Shown one piece after another: positions 45,136 through 53,657 of a stretch of DNA of 64,000 bases. The position numbers and the translations under genes are program-made. Under the pieces are notes generated by a model. That model worked only from the letters and a program-made list of their open reading frames with translations, was not told where the DNA came from and searched no databases. The DNA is from an uncultured virus (IMG/VR IMGVR_UViG_3300048926_000232) (lineage: Duplodnaviria > Heunggongvirae > Uroviricota > Caudoviricetes), in the IMG/VR virus record IMGVR_UViG_3300048926_000232. The stretch is one strand, 5' to 3'. Each line of letters starts with the position of its first letter. Within the stretch, counting starts at the first letter, position 1.

Positions 45136-45348
45136 TTAATCCCGGTCGCCTTCCGGCGGCGCGGCTTTCGCATCCCACAAATCCAAATCCGAAACCCGCC
45201 ATAGCGGGCGGGGGCGGGCGCCGCGTCCGAACCGGTACGGCCTCGGGAATCCCTTTTCGGGTTCCTTCGTCCAACGGTCGATTGTGAACGGGGTAACCCC
45301 GTAACGGGCCGCAACCTTTCCCTTTGTCAGAAATGTCTCGCCTTCCAT
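45136..45348 (-). CDS. Excisionase/AlpA-like HTH protein
   Basis: FLTKGKVAARYGVTPFTIDRW....GFPRP...LWRVSDLDLW. Confidence 0.85.
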   Translation of the reverse strand: MEGETFLTKGKVAARYGVTPFTIDRWTKEPEKGFPRPYRFGRGARPRPLWRVSDLDLWDAKAAPPEGDRD

Positions 45349-45361
45349 GGGCTTTCCCTCC

Positions 45362-45607
45362 CTAATGGCGGCTTCCCGGCGGCGGCATGTGCAGCCGCGC
45401 CTCTTCCCGCGCAATGAACCGCTTGAGCATGGCAATGGTCCGGGGGCGCCCTACGTTGGCGATCCATTCCGGCGCCGCCGCCACGTCTTCCCGGTCGAAA
45501 ATGAACAGCGCGAAACCGCTTTCCCCACATTCGACAAGCAGCAAGCGGGCAAGTTCCTGCAGCCGCTTTTCCTTGGCGGCCTTTTGTTCAGTGCAATTCG
45601 CCTGCAT
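45362..45607 (-). CDS. Hypothetical protein
   Basis: GFALFIF...WIANVGR; operon packing. Confidence 0.6.
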   Translation of the reverse strand: MQANCTEQKAAKEKRLQELARLLLVECGESGFALFIFDREDVAAAPEWIANVGRPRTIAMLKRFIAREEARLHMPPPGSRH

Positions 45608-46025
45608 TGCCTTCGGCCTCTTTTTTCAGCGTGAGAACGTCAACCTTCGTTATGCGCGACAGGATCGCGACCATGAGTTCAAAGGCTTGTTCGAGTTCCG
45701 GCTCTTCCAATTCCGAAAGCGATTTCGGATATTCGATAATCCGGCCGCCGGGGGTCTTGGTTTCTTTGACCACGCCGATTGCAAGCTTGATTGCCTCGCT
45801 TGCCTGTTCGGCGGTCTGCCATGGGGTTTTGCATTGGTGCACTGCCAGGCCGAGGATCAGCCACCAACGTTTTATCGTTCGCTTGCCGCGATCACTGACA
45901 ACGGAGACGGTAAACGGCGTGCCGTTCGGATAGCTTGCCAACCGTTCCTGCTCATACATCGAGGCGGGCACGAGCTTGCCGGCCTCAAGGATCATGTGCA
46001 GCGGCGGAAAGTCACTCTTCGCCAT
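45588..46025 (-). CDS. Hypothetical protein (possibly DUF1367/NinB-like)
   Basis: G.LVP...E.L...R...WW...IKLAIG...PKSLS. Confidence 0.65.
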   Translation of the reverse strand: MAKSDFPPLHMILEAGKLVPASMYEQERLASYPNGTPFTVSVVSDRGKRTIKRWWLILGLAVHQCKTPWQTAEQASEAIKLAIGVVKETKTPGGRIIEYPKSLSELEEPELEQAFELMVAILSRITKVDVLTLKKEAEGNAGELH

Positions 46026-46239
46026 GGCCGCCCCCGTTCTGCCGGTTGGCAACGTAGCGCTTCGCCGTCTTGTCGTAGCGCATGAGGTCGGGCCAACGCT
46101 TGAGCGCGCGGCCTATGTCGCCGCTGGCCGTCTGAATACTGACGTGGAAGAAATCGGCAATGTCTTGCCGGTTTATCGTGCCGTTCTGCAAAACAAGTTC
46201 GCGCACCTTTTCGGCCCGCTGTTCTGAATACCAACTCAT
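46012..46239 (-). CDS. Small HTH DNA-binding protein
   Basis: GTINRQDIADFFHVSIQTASGDI...MRYDKTAKRY. Confidence 0.75.
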   Translation of the reverse strand: MSWYSEQRAEKVRELVLQNGTINRQDIADFFHVSIQTASGDIGRALKRWPDLMRYDKTAKRYVANRQNGGGHGEE

Positions 46240-46658
46240 GCGGTCGCCTCCGCTAGATAGGTCGGATGCGCCGTCTTCATGTGACGGGCCATTTGCTGGA
46301 CCGTTCGATTGCAGCACGGACAAACGCCAGCGGCGGCGCGCTTCTTCAATCGCCCGCTTTCGCGGCCGGCGGCTAAGGCTTTCGAATGCCATTCTTGTTC
46401 CTTTGCTTTCGCCTGCCGGATTTCATCGTCTTTTTCGGCAAGCTTTTGCCTGAGACGGTCGCGCTCGCGGCGCGCCATATCGAGTTCGGATTCGCCAAGG
46501 GAGAAAACCCACGTATGCCCGTTGGGGCACCAGACGGACATTTCAGGCCGCCGCCGGTAGGCAACCTGATAGAGGTCATGGGGTAGGTAGTAGGACACCG
46601 AACAACGCGGGCATGTCGCCCGCGCAAACTCGCCGCCGTCTAGCGTTACCACCGGCAT
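46236..46658 (-). CDS. Zinc-finger coiled-coil protein
   Basis: CPRC...CPNGH...CPCCNR...HMKTAH. Confidence 0.8.
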   Translation of the reverse strand: MPVVTLDGGEFARATCPRCSVSYYLPHDLYQVAYRRRPEMSVWCPNGHTWVFSLGESELDMARRERDRLRQKLAEKDDEIRQAKAKEQEWHSKALAAGRESGRLKKRAAAGVCPCCNRTVQQMARHMKTAHPTYLAEATA

Positions 46659-47788
46659 TACCGTTCCTCCCCGTACATGCGGGCATAGGCGCGGCGCTTG
46701 ATTTCCAATGCTTTGCGTTGCGCGTCCGCGTTCCCCTCAAGAACCGCCATCGCGTCGAAATCTTCCCACGTATCGGAAAACGTGGCTTCGTCATTGCAGG
46801 CGTTCAGGGCGTTGCTAAGCCGCGTGAGGAAATCCGGGCGGTCGCCTGGAAAATCGTCTTCGTCCCCCGGCGGCAATAGCTCGCCGTCAATTACCGTTCC
46901 GGCGTCGTCTCTTGGGGGTTCGCGACGTGGTGCGCCGCCGGGCGCGGTTCCTGCAAAGGCGGCTTGTTCGTCCGTGGCGCGGCGCTGCTGGCCGGCGGGG
47001 CGGGGCGGGGTTCGCGGGGCGTCTTCGTTTCGCGCTGGCGGCCGGGGCGGTTGTTGCGGTTCCGGCGTAGCTGCAAATGGAATCGTTTCGTCATCAATCA
47101 CCCGGCCTTGCATTTCTTCGGCGGCGTATTCGTTGCCCAATTCTTCGGGGAAGGCCTTTCGCAAAACGGCGGCCTCCGTGCATTTGTCGATTTGCCCGAA
47201 AGGCCGCTTGCGCCACATTTCGTTCGGCATGTCGGTAAACCGGCCCGCCGTCGCATATGTCTCGGTCCAGTAGACGCGCGCCGTGAATGCCACGCGCTGG
47301 CCTTCGACAATCCGCCATGCCGTCATGCGGCACCACTCAGGATATGAAACCGTCTGCTTGACGACGCGGGCCGGTTCGCGCGGATCGTCGCTATCGGTTC
47401 GTTGCTCGAATTCGCAAATGATGGTTGGCCCGAATTCGGCCTCGCTCAAGCCGGCGTAGCTCTTGGTACGGGCGGCCGTGGTGCGCAGTTCGGAAATTCC
47501 AGGCCAGACGGTTTCGACCATTTTTCGAAGCGCCGAAGACCAGACCGGCACGATATGGCACGGCCGGCGAAATGGGTCTAAATTCCTATGTTTGCAATAG
47601 GTCAGAACAAGCTGGATCGCCTCGACCGATTTCGCCGCCGGGTAAAGTTGTTCAACCAAGACCCGCCATTCGGCACTCGATACGCCAAGCGCTTTCGCCA
47701 CGTCTGCCGAAATCGGGAGCCGGGAAGGGGCCAATTCGTTGATGACTGCCGGCGCCTGCCGGCTATTGTCCTGACGTTGTTGTGCCAT
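46658..47788 (-). CDS. bet: Bet/RecT-family single-strand annealing recombinase
   Basis: YCKHRNLDPFRRPCHIVP; GISELRTTAART..YAG; MWRKRPFGQIDKCTEAAVLRKAFPEE. Confidence 0.92.
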   Translation of the reverse strand: MAQQRQDNSRQAPAVINELAPSRLPISADVAKALGVSSAEWRVLVEQLYPAAKSVEAIQLVLTYCKHRNLDPFRRPCHIVPVWSSALRKMVETVWPGISELRTTAARTKSYAGLSEAEFGPTIICEFEQRTDSDDPREPARVVKQTVSYPEWCRMTAWRIVEGQRVAFTARVYWTETYATAGRFTDMPNEMWRKRPFGQIDKCTEAAVLRKAFPEELGNEYAAEEMQGRVIDDETIPFAATPEPQQPPRPPARNEDAPRTPPRPAGQQRRATDEQAAFAGTAPGGAPRREPPRDDAGTVIDGELLPPGDEDDFPGDRPDFLTRLSNALNACNDEATFSDTWEDFDAMAVLEGNADAQRKALEIKRRAYARMYGEER

Positions 47789-47911
47789 GGGTTGGCTTCC
47801 TTCTCTTGAGGAGTAAAGGCCGAAGCCGTAGCGGCGGCCCGCCGGGGTAGGACGGGCCGCCTAACCGAAACCGCCTAGTTGGGGCCGGAAGTGGCGGCGG
47901 CTTCGGGTTCG

Positions 47912-48079
47912 CTATTTCTGGTCGGGCTTGTTCGCCCAACCGACAACCGCGATGAGGCCGAGCAGCATCAAATCAAAAATGAAATCGAACACGGCCGGCG
48001 TGATGAATTCCAAGAAGATGATTGTGCTTGCGGCGGCGAGTGCGACGGCGGTTATTCGCTGTTTCAGCCAAGGCCACAT
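47912..48079 (-). CDS. Small two-TM membrane protein
   Basis: Hydrophobic; coupled to the TerB-like gene. Confidence 0.6.
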   Translation of the reverse strand: MWPWLKQRITAVALAAASTIIFLEFITPAVFDFIFDLMLLGLIAVVGWANKPDQK

Positions 48080-48516
48080 CAGCCGACCAGCTTCGCATAA
48101 TTGACGCCGCACGTTTCGGCGATTGTCTTCATGATCGCCTCTTCGGGCGCGGAAATCCCGCCTTCGTCCGCAACGTCGAGGCAGGCGAGAACAATCGCCG
48201 TTCCCATGCTTCCGCTCTTGTCGCGGGCAACAACCTGCCTGATTTCTTCCATCAGTTCGGACTTGCCGGAACGGGTGGCCGTCTTTGGCGCCATGCGGCC
48301 GAAGACCGACTCGATTTCCTGAGAACCGAACCCGGCGGCAATCGCGGTATTCGAACGGATCACGAGCAACGTCTTGTCGTATTCCTTGTCGTCAATGCCG
48401 CCCTCGGCCGCCGCCGTGAGGGCGCAGCCAGCGCACATGCCTTCCAAGAAATCCTTGTTGCCGCTCATTTGCTGGATAGCCGCCTTGGCCTTCCCCTTGA
48501 ACAGATTTCCGAACAT
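48079..48516 (-). CDS. TerB-family protein
   Basis: NKDFLEGMCAGCAL.AAAEGGIDDKE...VADEGGISAPEE...IA..CG. Confidence 0.85.
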   Translation of the reverse strand: MFGNLFKGKAKAAIQQMSGNKDFLEGMCAGCALTAAAEGGIDDKEYDKTLLVIRSNTAIAAGFGSQEIESVFGRMAPKTATRSGKSELMEEIRQVVARDKSGSMGTAIVLACLDVADEGGISAPEEAIMKTIAETCGVNYAKLVG

Positions 48517-48537
48517 TGGTTCTTTCCTCTTCCTTGG

Positions 48538-49557
48538 TTAGACCGCGCGCTTTTCTTCGTGGCGCACGGTTCCGGGCAGGGGCACGTTTGCGCGCGCCGC
48601 CGCGTCTGCGATGACTTGAAGGATTTCCTTGACGCGGGCGTCATGCTTGACGGCCTGATACAGCGCGTCCTGATCCTCGATGACGGCCGAAACGAACGTG
48701 CGCAGCGTGACGCGTTCGCCGGTTCGGCCGGCTTGGATTGGCCTGGCTTCGGCCTCGCGTTCGGCGAGCTTTGCCTTTGAGAGGGCCGCGCCCGCGTCCG
48801 CCACCACGTCCGGGTCGTTCGCGCCTTCGGCACGCCAGAGTTTTTCGTCCGCTATTTCCTTGAGCCTGGCAGCTTCGACAGCGGCAAGGCGGCGGCGTTC
48901 GTCTTCCTTGCGCTCTTCCTCACGCAAGAACGCATCAATCGACCGCTTGAGGGCCTTTGCGGCAAGGTCGGAATCCTCTCTAAGCGCGCGCCATTTCTGG
49001 TCGATGCGCCGCCCCTCAATAAGGGACGGTTCTTTTTCAACCTTATGCCGGGCCGTGGCGCGGGTGGATATCGCGGCCAACCGCTTCGCGATAATCGCGG
49101 CCTGATCGGCGCGGGCTTGGGTATCGACCGGCGTCTTTTTGAATTCCAGATAGGCGGCGTTTTCCTTGCCGAATTCCTGAGACAGCGCAACGAACGGGTC
49201 TTCGGGCGCGCTTGTTTCGCCCATGGCCGGTTCGGGTTCGTCTTCAAAGGATTCGCCCGCCAACGCGCGGTCGTATTGCTCTTCGGTAATCGGGTTTCTG
49301 CAGGCGTATTGCCAAAGGTTGAAAATCAAATCGACCTTTACCGGCTTGCCGCTGCGCAGCGCGTTGAAAGCGCCGCTATCGTCAACCCAAATCTGAACGG
49401 GTTCCCACGGCGAACCTTTCCGGCGAACCCGGAAATAGCCGTTGCCCGGCGGTTGCTCATGAACGGGAAGTTCCGGCGATCCGATCAGCGCCTTGTTGTC
49501 CAGCGCCGCGAAATACCAACCCCACGGGTCGGACTCGTCGTAAAGCAAATCGGCCAT
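48538..49557 (-). CDS. Hypothetical coiled-coil early protein
   Basis: GYFR...WEPVQIW; ..EKEP.L..GR.ID..W; PG....E C-terminus. Confidence 0.8.
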   Translation of the reverse strand: MADLLYDESDPWGWYFAALDNKALIGSPELPVHEQPPGNGYFRVRRKGSPWEPVQIWVDDSGAFNALRSGKPVKVDLIFNLWQYACRNPITEEQYDRALAGESFEDEPEPAMGETSAPEDPFVALSQEFGKENAAYLEFKKTPVDTQARADQAAIIAKRLAAISTRATARHKVEKEPSLIEGRRIDQKWRALREDSDLAAKALKRSIDAFLREEERKEDERRRLAAVEAARLKEIADEKLWRAEGANDPDVVADAGAALSKAKLAEREAEARPIQAGRTGERVTLRTFVSAVIEDQDALYQAVKHDARVKEILQVIADAAARANVPLPGTVRHEEKRAV

Positions 49558-49671
49558 CGTTCTTTCCTCCGATGTTGGAAAAAGAAAAGAGCCGGGGCAG
49601 GCCCCGGCCCTCCCTTCTTCCGCGCCTAACGGACTGTCATTACGTTGGCGCTTCCGAAAACAACGGCCTGA

Positions 49672-50061
49672 TTAAAGGCCGGCGCCACCACCCACAGCCA
49701 CGCCGCCCGCGCTTCCCGATCCGGACGCGCCGGATAGGGACAATCCGTTTCCGATGGAGCCGCCGGCCGCCGTGGACTGAGAGCCGGATTGCGCGGAGGT
49801 AGCGCCGCCACCGCCGCCGCCGCCGAGAAACCCGGCGCCGAGGCCGCCACCTGCAGCGGTAGCCGTGGACTGGCCGTAAGACTGATTGCCGGAAACAGCG
49901 GCGGCGTTACCGAGGGTGAGCGTGCCCTGCTGGCCGGCAGACTGTGACCACGTATTGGTGAAGCCGCCGCCGAAGCCGAAACCGGCGGCGGAAGCGCCAG
50001 CGGTAGACAGGGCGAGGGCCGCGATTGCAGCAAGAATAATGCGCATAGTAGTTTTCCCCAT
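49672..50061 (-). CDS. Secreted Gly/Ser/Ala-rich protein
   Basis: Signal peptide MRIILAAIAALALSTAGASA; uncharged mature region. Confidence 0.7.
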   Translation of the reverse strand: MGKTTMRIILAAIAALALSTAGASAAGFGFGGGFTNTWSQSAGQQGTLTLGNAAAVSGNQSYGQSTATAAGGGLGAGFLGGGGGGGATSAQSGSQSTAAGGSIGNGLSLSGASGSGSAGGVAVGGGAGL

Positions 50062-50132
50062 AATGAAGAAGGCGGCGGGATTGCCACCCCGCTACCCACC
50101 GGTTCCGCAACCGATGGGTAGAAGGCTAGCAA

Positions 50133-50771
50133 TCAGTTCGAAGCAATTTTCATGGCGGCCCATTTTGCTTGGAGTCTGGCTGCAGCTTGCTTCGCGCCGA
50201 TCTGATTGGCGGTTAGCTTTTTCGGCGCGCCGGGCGTGGCGCTTGCCGTGTTCTGGAAAAGGGCGCGAACCGGCGTGGCCTGGTAGCCATAGACATAGCC
50301 ACGGCGGGGCGGGCGCCTGCCGTCGCTTACGGCTGCATAGGCGTTTCCGCATGCGCCGCCGGCTGCATCGCTGATTTGCTTGATGTTGCAGAGAACCTTT
50401 CGGCCCACGCCGATGCCGAAGGCTTGAGCGGCAATCTTCGCGTTTTCGCGAGTGTTGCAATCACGGTCCATGACCGTACTACCGAAGGAAAAGCCCCAAC
50501 CGGCCCCGCCAGCGCCGCCCGAAACGGAACCTTGACAGGAAAAGCCGCCAACAGCGAGCGACGGCGCAAAAGCGGCCCCCGTACCCCGGTAGCTCTTGCC
50601 GGATTGAATGTTAATGGAATTGCCATTGCTTCCCGAAGAAGAAAAGGAACCGGAGGACGAACTAGCCCCGGCGTTGGCGTTGGCATTGGCGGTTTGAGCG
50701 GAGGCAGAACCGGCAAACAGTAAAGCGCAAGCAGTAGTGACGGCGATTGCCGTTGAAAGCGCGTAGCGCAT
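50133..50771 (-). CDS. Secreted Gly/Ser-rich protein with Cys domain
   Basis: GAGGGG RBS; signal peptide; APSL...SCQGSVSGG...FSFG...D.DC..RE.A...LC. Confidence 0.8.
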   Translation of the reverse strand: MRYALSTAIAVTTACALLFAGSASAQTANANANAGASSSSGSFSSSGSNGNSINIQSGKSYRGTGAAFAPSLAVGGFSCQGSVSGGAGGAGWGFSFGSTVMDRDCNTRENAKIAAQAFGIGVGRKVLCNIKQISDAAGGACGNAYAAVSDGRRPPRRGYVYGYQATPVRALFQNTASATPGAPKKLTANQIGAKQAAARLQAKWAAMKIASN

Positions 50772-51029
50772 GTAAATAACCCCTCTAAATGGCGTGGGAC
50801 CACAGATTAGCGCACGGCCAACGTCCCCAATGGCCGGGGCTTTATCAGTATCGATGTAGAAAAGAACTTGAACCGCCGGCCCCCGGTTGGAGATTTGCAG
50901 ACGCCTCACTGGCGGCCGGCGATTAGTACCTTAGTTAACCGAAGCCAACTAAAATAACTGGCTCTTGTTGTAGCTCCGCTATTGTTAGCTTGCAAGAGGG
51001 TTAAAGCCACGTTAACGCACAAAACGAAT

Positions 51030-51060
51030 CAAGCCGGCAACGGAGCGACGTTGCCGGCTT
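51030..51060. terminator. Hairpin, possible terminator
   Basis: AAGCCGGCAACG-loop-CGTTGCCGGCTT. Confidence 0.55.
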
Positions 51061-51163
51061 GGGGTTAGTTGCTGATTCTACTCGGTTATCAGGCCGCGTT
51101 ATGTGCTGAACGCGCCTTAAAAAAATCAGCTATGCCACATGTGCGCATAGCTTCGGACTACAA

Positions 51164-51709
51164 TTACGCTCCGCCGAACGTCTGCAGGAAATCCGCCAAT
51201 GAATGTTCTTTGTCGCTCATGCCCGAGCGCTCTTCGTGCCATTTGCCGTCATGAGACATGTTCGGCGGGCATATAACGAAGGCGTCACTAGACGAGGTAC
51301 GCACGATTGCCATCATGCCTTCTTCGCCCCGGCGCATGAGATAGGCGCGCAACGCCGGATCGCGATGCGCATCAGGATAGTTTGGATCGAGCCAAATCTG
51401 GACAACCGGAATCTTAACGTCCGGTTGGCTTTCGAATTGCAGGGTTACGTAATCGGGAAGGATATCGATGACGTAATGCGAACGATCCGGCCGGCGCAAC
51501 TCCTCCGTATCGTCTCCCTGTATCCACGCACAATTCCATACTCGGCACGAAAACGGCCGCTTGTCGAAGATAGAGCAGCCTTTACCCGTTCGCTGATATC
51601 CGCAACGCGTGTTTGCCGGCTTGCCGATTTCCTTGACGGGAAGAAGCTTGCAGCAAGAAGTGCAGCCGCCGCAATGGCGCGTGGTGGAGTCAGTGAACGT
51701 AATTTTCAT
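51164..51709 (-). CDS. YkgJ-like cysteine-cluster protein
   Basis: CGGCTSCCK...C.Y...GCSIFDKRPFSCRVWNC.W...RPDRSH. Confidence 0.85.
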   Translation of the reverse strand: MKITFTDSTTRHCGGCTSCCKLLPVKEIGKPANTRCGYQRTGKGCSIFDKRPFSCRVWNCAWIQGDDTEELRRPDRSHYVIDILPDYVTLQFESQPDVKIPVVQIWLDPNYPDAHRDPALRAYLMRRGEEGMMAIVRTSSSDAFVICPPNMSHDGKWHEERSGMSDKEHSLADFLQTFGGA

Positions 51710-52308
51710 TTGCTAGGATTTCGCTTTCTGACGCGAGAGGAAGCACCGCGCGGCTTGTCATCGGCGGCGCTTTTCGTGGGAGCGCCAGCGGCTTTTGCGC
51801 GCTTTCTGACGCGCGGGTTTTCGTCCGCGCTCTTGGGCGAAGCGACAGCGGGCTTCTCGCGCTTTCTGACACGAGCGGACGGCGCGCGCGCAAGGTTCTC
51901 ACGCGGCAGTTCGTCCAGATCGGCCACGGTCAACTTGTCGCGCCGCGTGACACGTTGCGGCAACGGTTCGTCTGCGACGGGTTGCGGGTTCTTCACGATC
52001 TCAAGGATTCGCGCCACCATTTCCAACTCTTCGGGAGTGTTATTGTGCAGAAGGAACATGCGTGGGTGAAAAAGCAAATCGCCCGGTTGGCAATCAAGCG
52101 CAACCGCCAATTCTTCCAACATTTCCTGCCGGTAGGAGGTGCGGCCGGTTTCAAGTTGGGAAAGAGCACCGTTCGTAAATTTCATTTTTTGGGCAACTTC
52201 GGCCTGAGTGAGTCCGCGATGGATTCGCCACTCCTTTATGTAGTGCCCAGGCCGTGGGATGCCCGGCGGCTCGCCTTTGGTTTCATTACGTTTTGTCTCG
52301 GTTGTCAT
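51706..52308 (-). CDS. CI-like XRE repressor
   Basis: IKEWRIHRGLTQAEVAQKM..TNGALSQLETG...LAVALDCQPGDL; divergent from the Cro-like gene. Confidence 0.88.
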   Translation of the reverse strand: MTTETKRNETKGEPPGIPRPGHYIKEWRIHRGLTQAEVAQKMKFTNGALSQLETGRTSYRQEMLEELAVALDCQPGDLLFHPRMFLLHNNTPEELEMVARILEIVKNPQPVADEPLPQRVTRRDKLTVADLDELPRENLARAPSARVRKREKPAVASPKSADENPRVRKRAKAAGAPTKSAADDKPRGASSRVRKRNPSK

Positions 52309-52319
52309 GACAGTCTACC

Positions 52320-52496
52320 TCTTTTTTAAGGGGCGCTAAAACCGCTTTGGATTTATAGCGCGACTAAAAGATAAAAGCCTTTCGCGCGCCTGTAAAGCGC
52401 ACTTGAAGAATGCGTCAACTTTTCACGCCTGTTTTCTGTTTTATAGCGCCGCTATTGTTGGTGGGGAAAATGTTTTTCCACAGGGAGGCGCCAGCA
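52320..52496. promoter_or_regulatory. CI/Cro divergent promoter-operator region
   Basis: AT-rich; palindromes TAGCGCGACTA (52356) and TAGCGCCGCTA (52444). Confidence 0.75.
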
Positions 52497-52778
52497 ATGA
52501 ACAATCAGGCGAAGGCAGAACGCAAGGCGGCGCAGCGCGCGGCCGGATTGGCGGCGCTGCAGGCGTGGTTCAATGAGGCGCGCGGCAATGCAGCAAAACT
52601 TGCGGCATATCTTGAGGTTACGCAATCTACATTCAATTTTTGGGACCGTGTAATGGCCGAACGTCTAGGCGACGTTTCCAACTTTACCGGCATTCCGCGC
52701 GAGCAGTTGCGGCCCGATATGTTCGAGCCTCCGGAACCCAAGGAAGAGCCGGAAGACAGCCTGCAAAATTCAGCGTGA
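52497..52778 (+). CDS. Cro/YdaS-like protein
   Basis: GNAAKLAAYLEVTQSTFNFWDRV.AER...VS..TGIPREQLRPDMF. Confidence 0.85.
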   Translation: MNNQAKAERKAAQRAAGLAALQAWFNEARGNAAKLAAYLEVTQSTFNFWDRVMAERLGDVSNFTGIPREQLRPDMFEPPEPKEEPEDSLQNSA

Positions 52779-53264
52779 CAACAACTTACCGGGTGCATTC
52801 CGCGCTAGCTACAATTGCTTAGGCCCGGCCCTTTGTTGGACGTTTGTTATAGCCTCAATTGAAAAAGGCATACTTATTCATGCTGCACACCTATGCAACC
52901 GCTCCGATAGGTTTTGTCTTCTGGCGTACCGACCTTGAGTCGGTTTTCAGATTCGAAGTCTTGTTTTTCCTCTTGGGAACCCCGTCCCGGATCGCCCTTA
53001 CATTGTATTTCCTCGGAGTTAAATTTTTTCAACCGGCAATTACGCAGCCGTTTTTCTCCCGGATCACAAGAGGGGGAAAAAATGCACGTCGCAGCTAATT
53101 GCAACGATTTAACGCCGATTTCCTACCGCGCCCAAATTCGCGGCGGTTGCAAAATTCAAGTCCTCGTTTGGGGCGCCCACAAATTCCCATCCCCGCGCAA
53201 TGACAGTTCTCAAATCGGCCGATACGCGCGCGGCGTGCGGCCAGATCACAACAAGAGCCGAGAG

Positions 53265-53657
53265 ATGATTATTACCGAGGCTGATGCGCCTCTCATTAGA
53301 GGCATGATTTTGAGGGGCGACCCCTATCACCACATCGCAGCTTATTTTGCCGAAAACCAAGGGCGAATAGGCGAAGTCGCCAACGGCATGAAAAGCCCAA
53401 GCGCCGTAAAAAAGGGGGCCAAAAGGCGTTGGCCGGATTCACGAACTGCCGAACCTCACGAACTGCCGCCCCCCGGCCCGTACTTCCAGAATTTCAGGGA
53501 CGGTAAGGATATAATCACGGACGCCCATGAGGCGCTCGTGGAAGTGATGGCTTTCTATATGGCGCATCACGACACGCCCGAGGCCCGCGATATTCAACGC
53601 CGGTTCCACAGTGCGATTGCCGAACGGAAGCGTGAGCTTTGGGGGCAACGCAAATGA
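53265..53657 (+). CDS. Hypothetical protein
   Basis: GMILRGD..HHIAAYF..NQGRI.EV...LPPPGPY. Confidence 0.7.
   Translation: MIITEADAPLIRGMILRGDPYHHIAAYFAENQGRIGEVANGMKSPSAVKKGAKRRWPDSRTAEPHELPPPGPYFQNFRDGKDIITDAHEALVEVMAFYMAHHDTPEARDIQRRFHSAIAERKRELWGQRK

Noticed and set aside
50790..50860. Hammerhead ribozyme (CTGATAA resembles CUGAUGA)
   Set aside because: Core mismatch and no GAAA following the stem
52914..53264. Long N-terminal extension of ORF 52914..53657 and ORF 52859..53098
   Set aside because: TTG starts in an AT-rich, regulatory-looking region with no motifs; the recognisable part starts at ATG 53265
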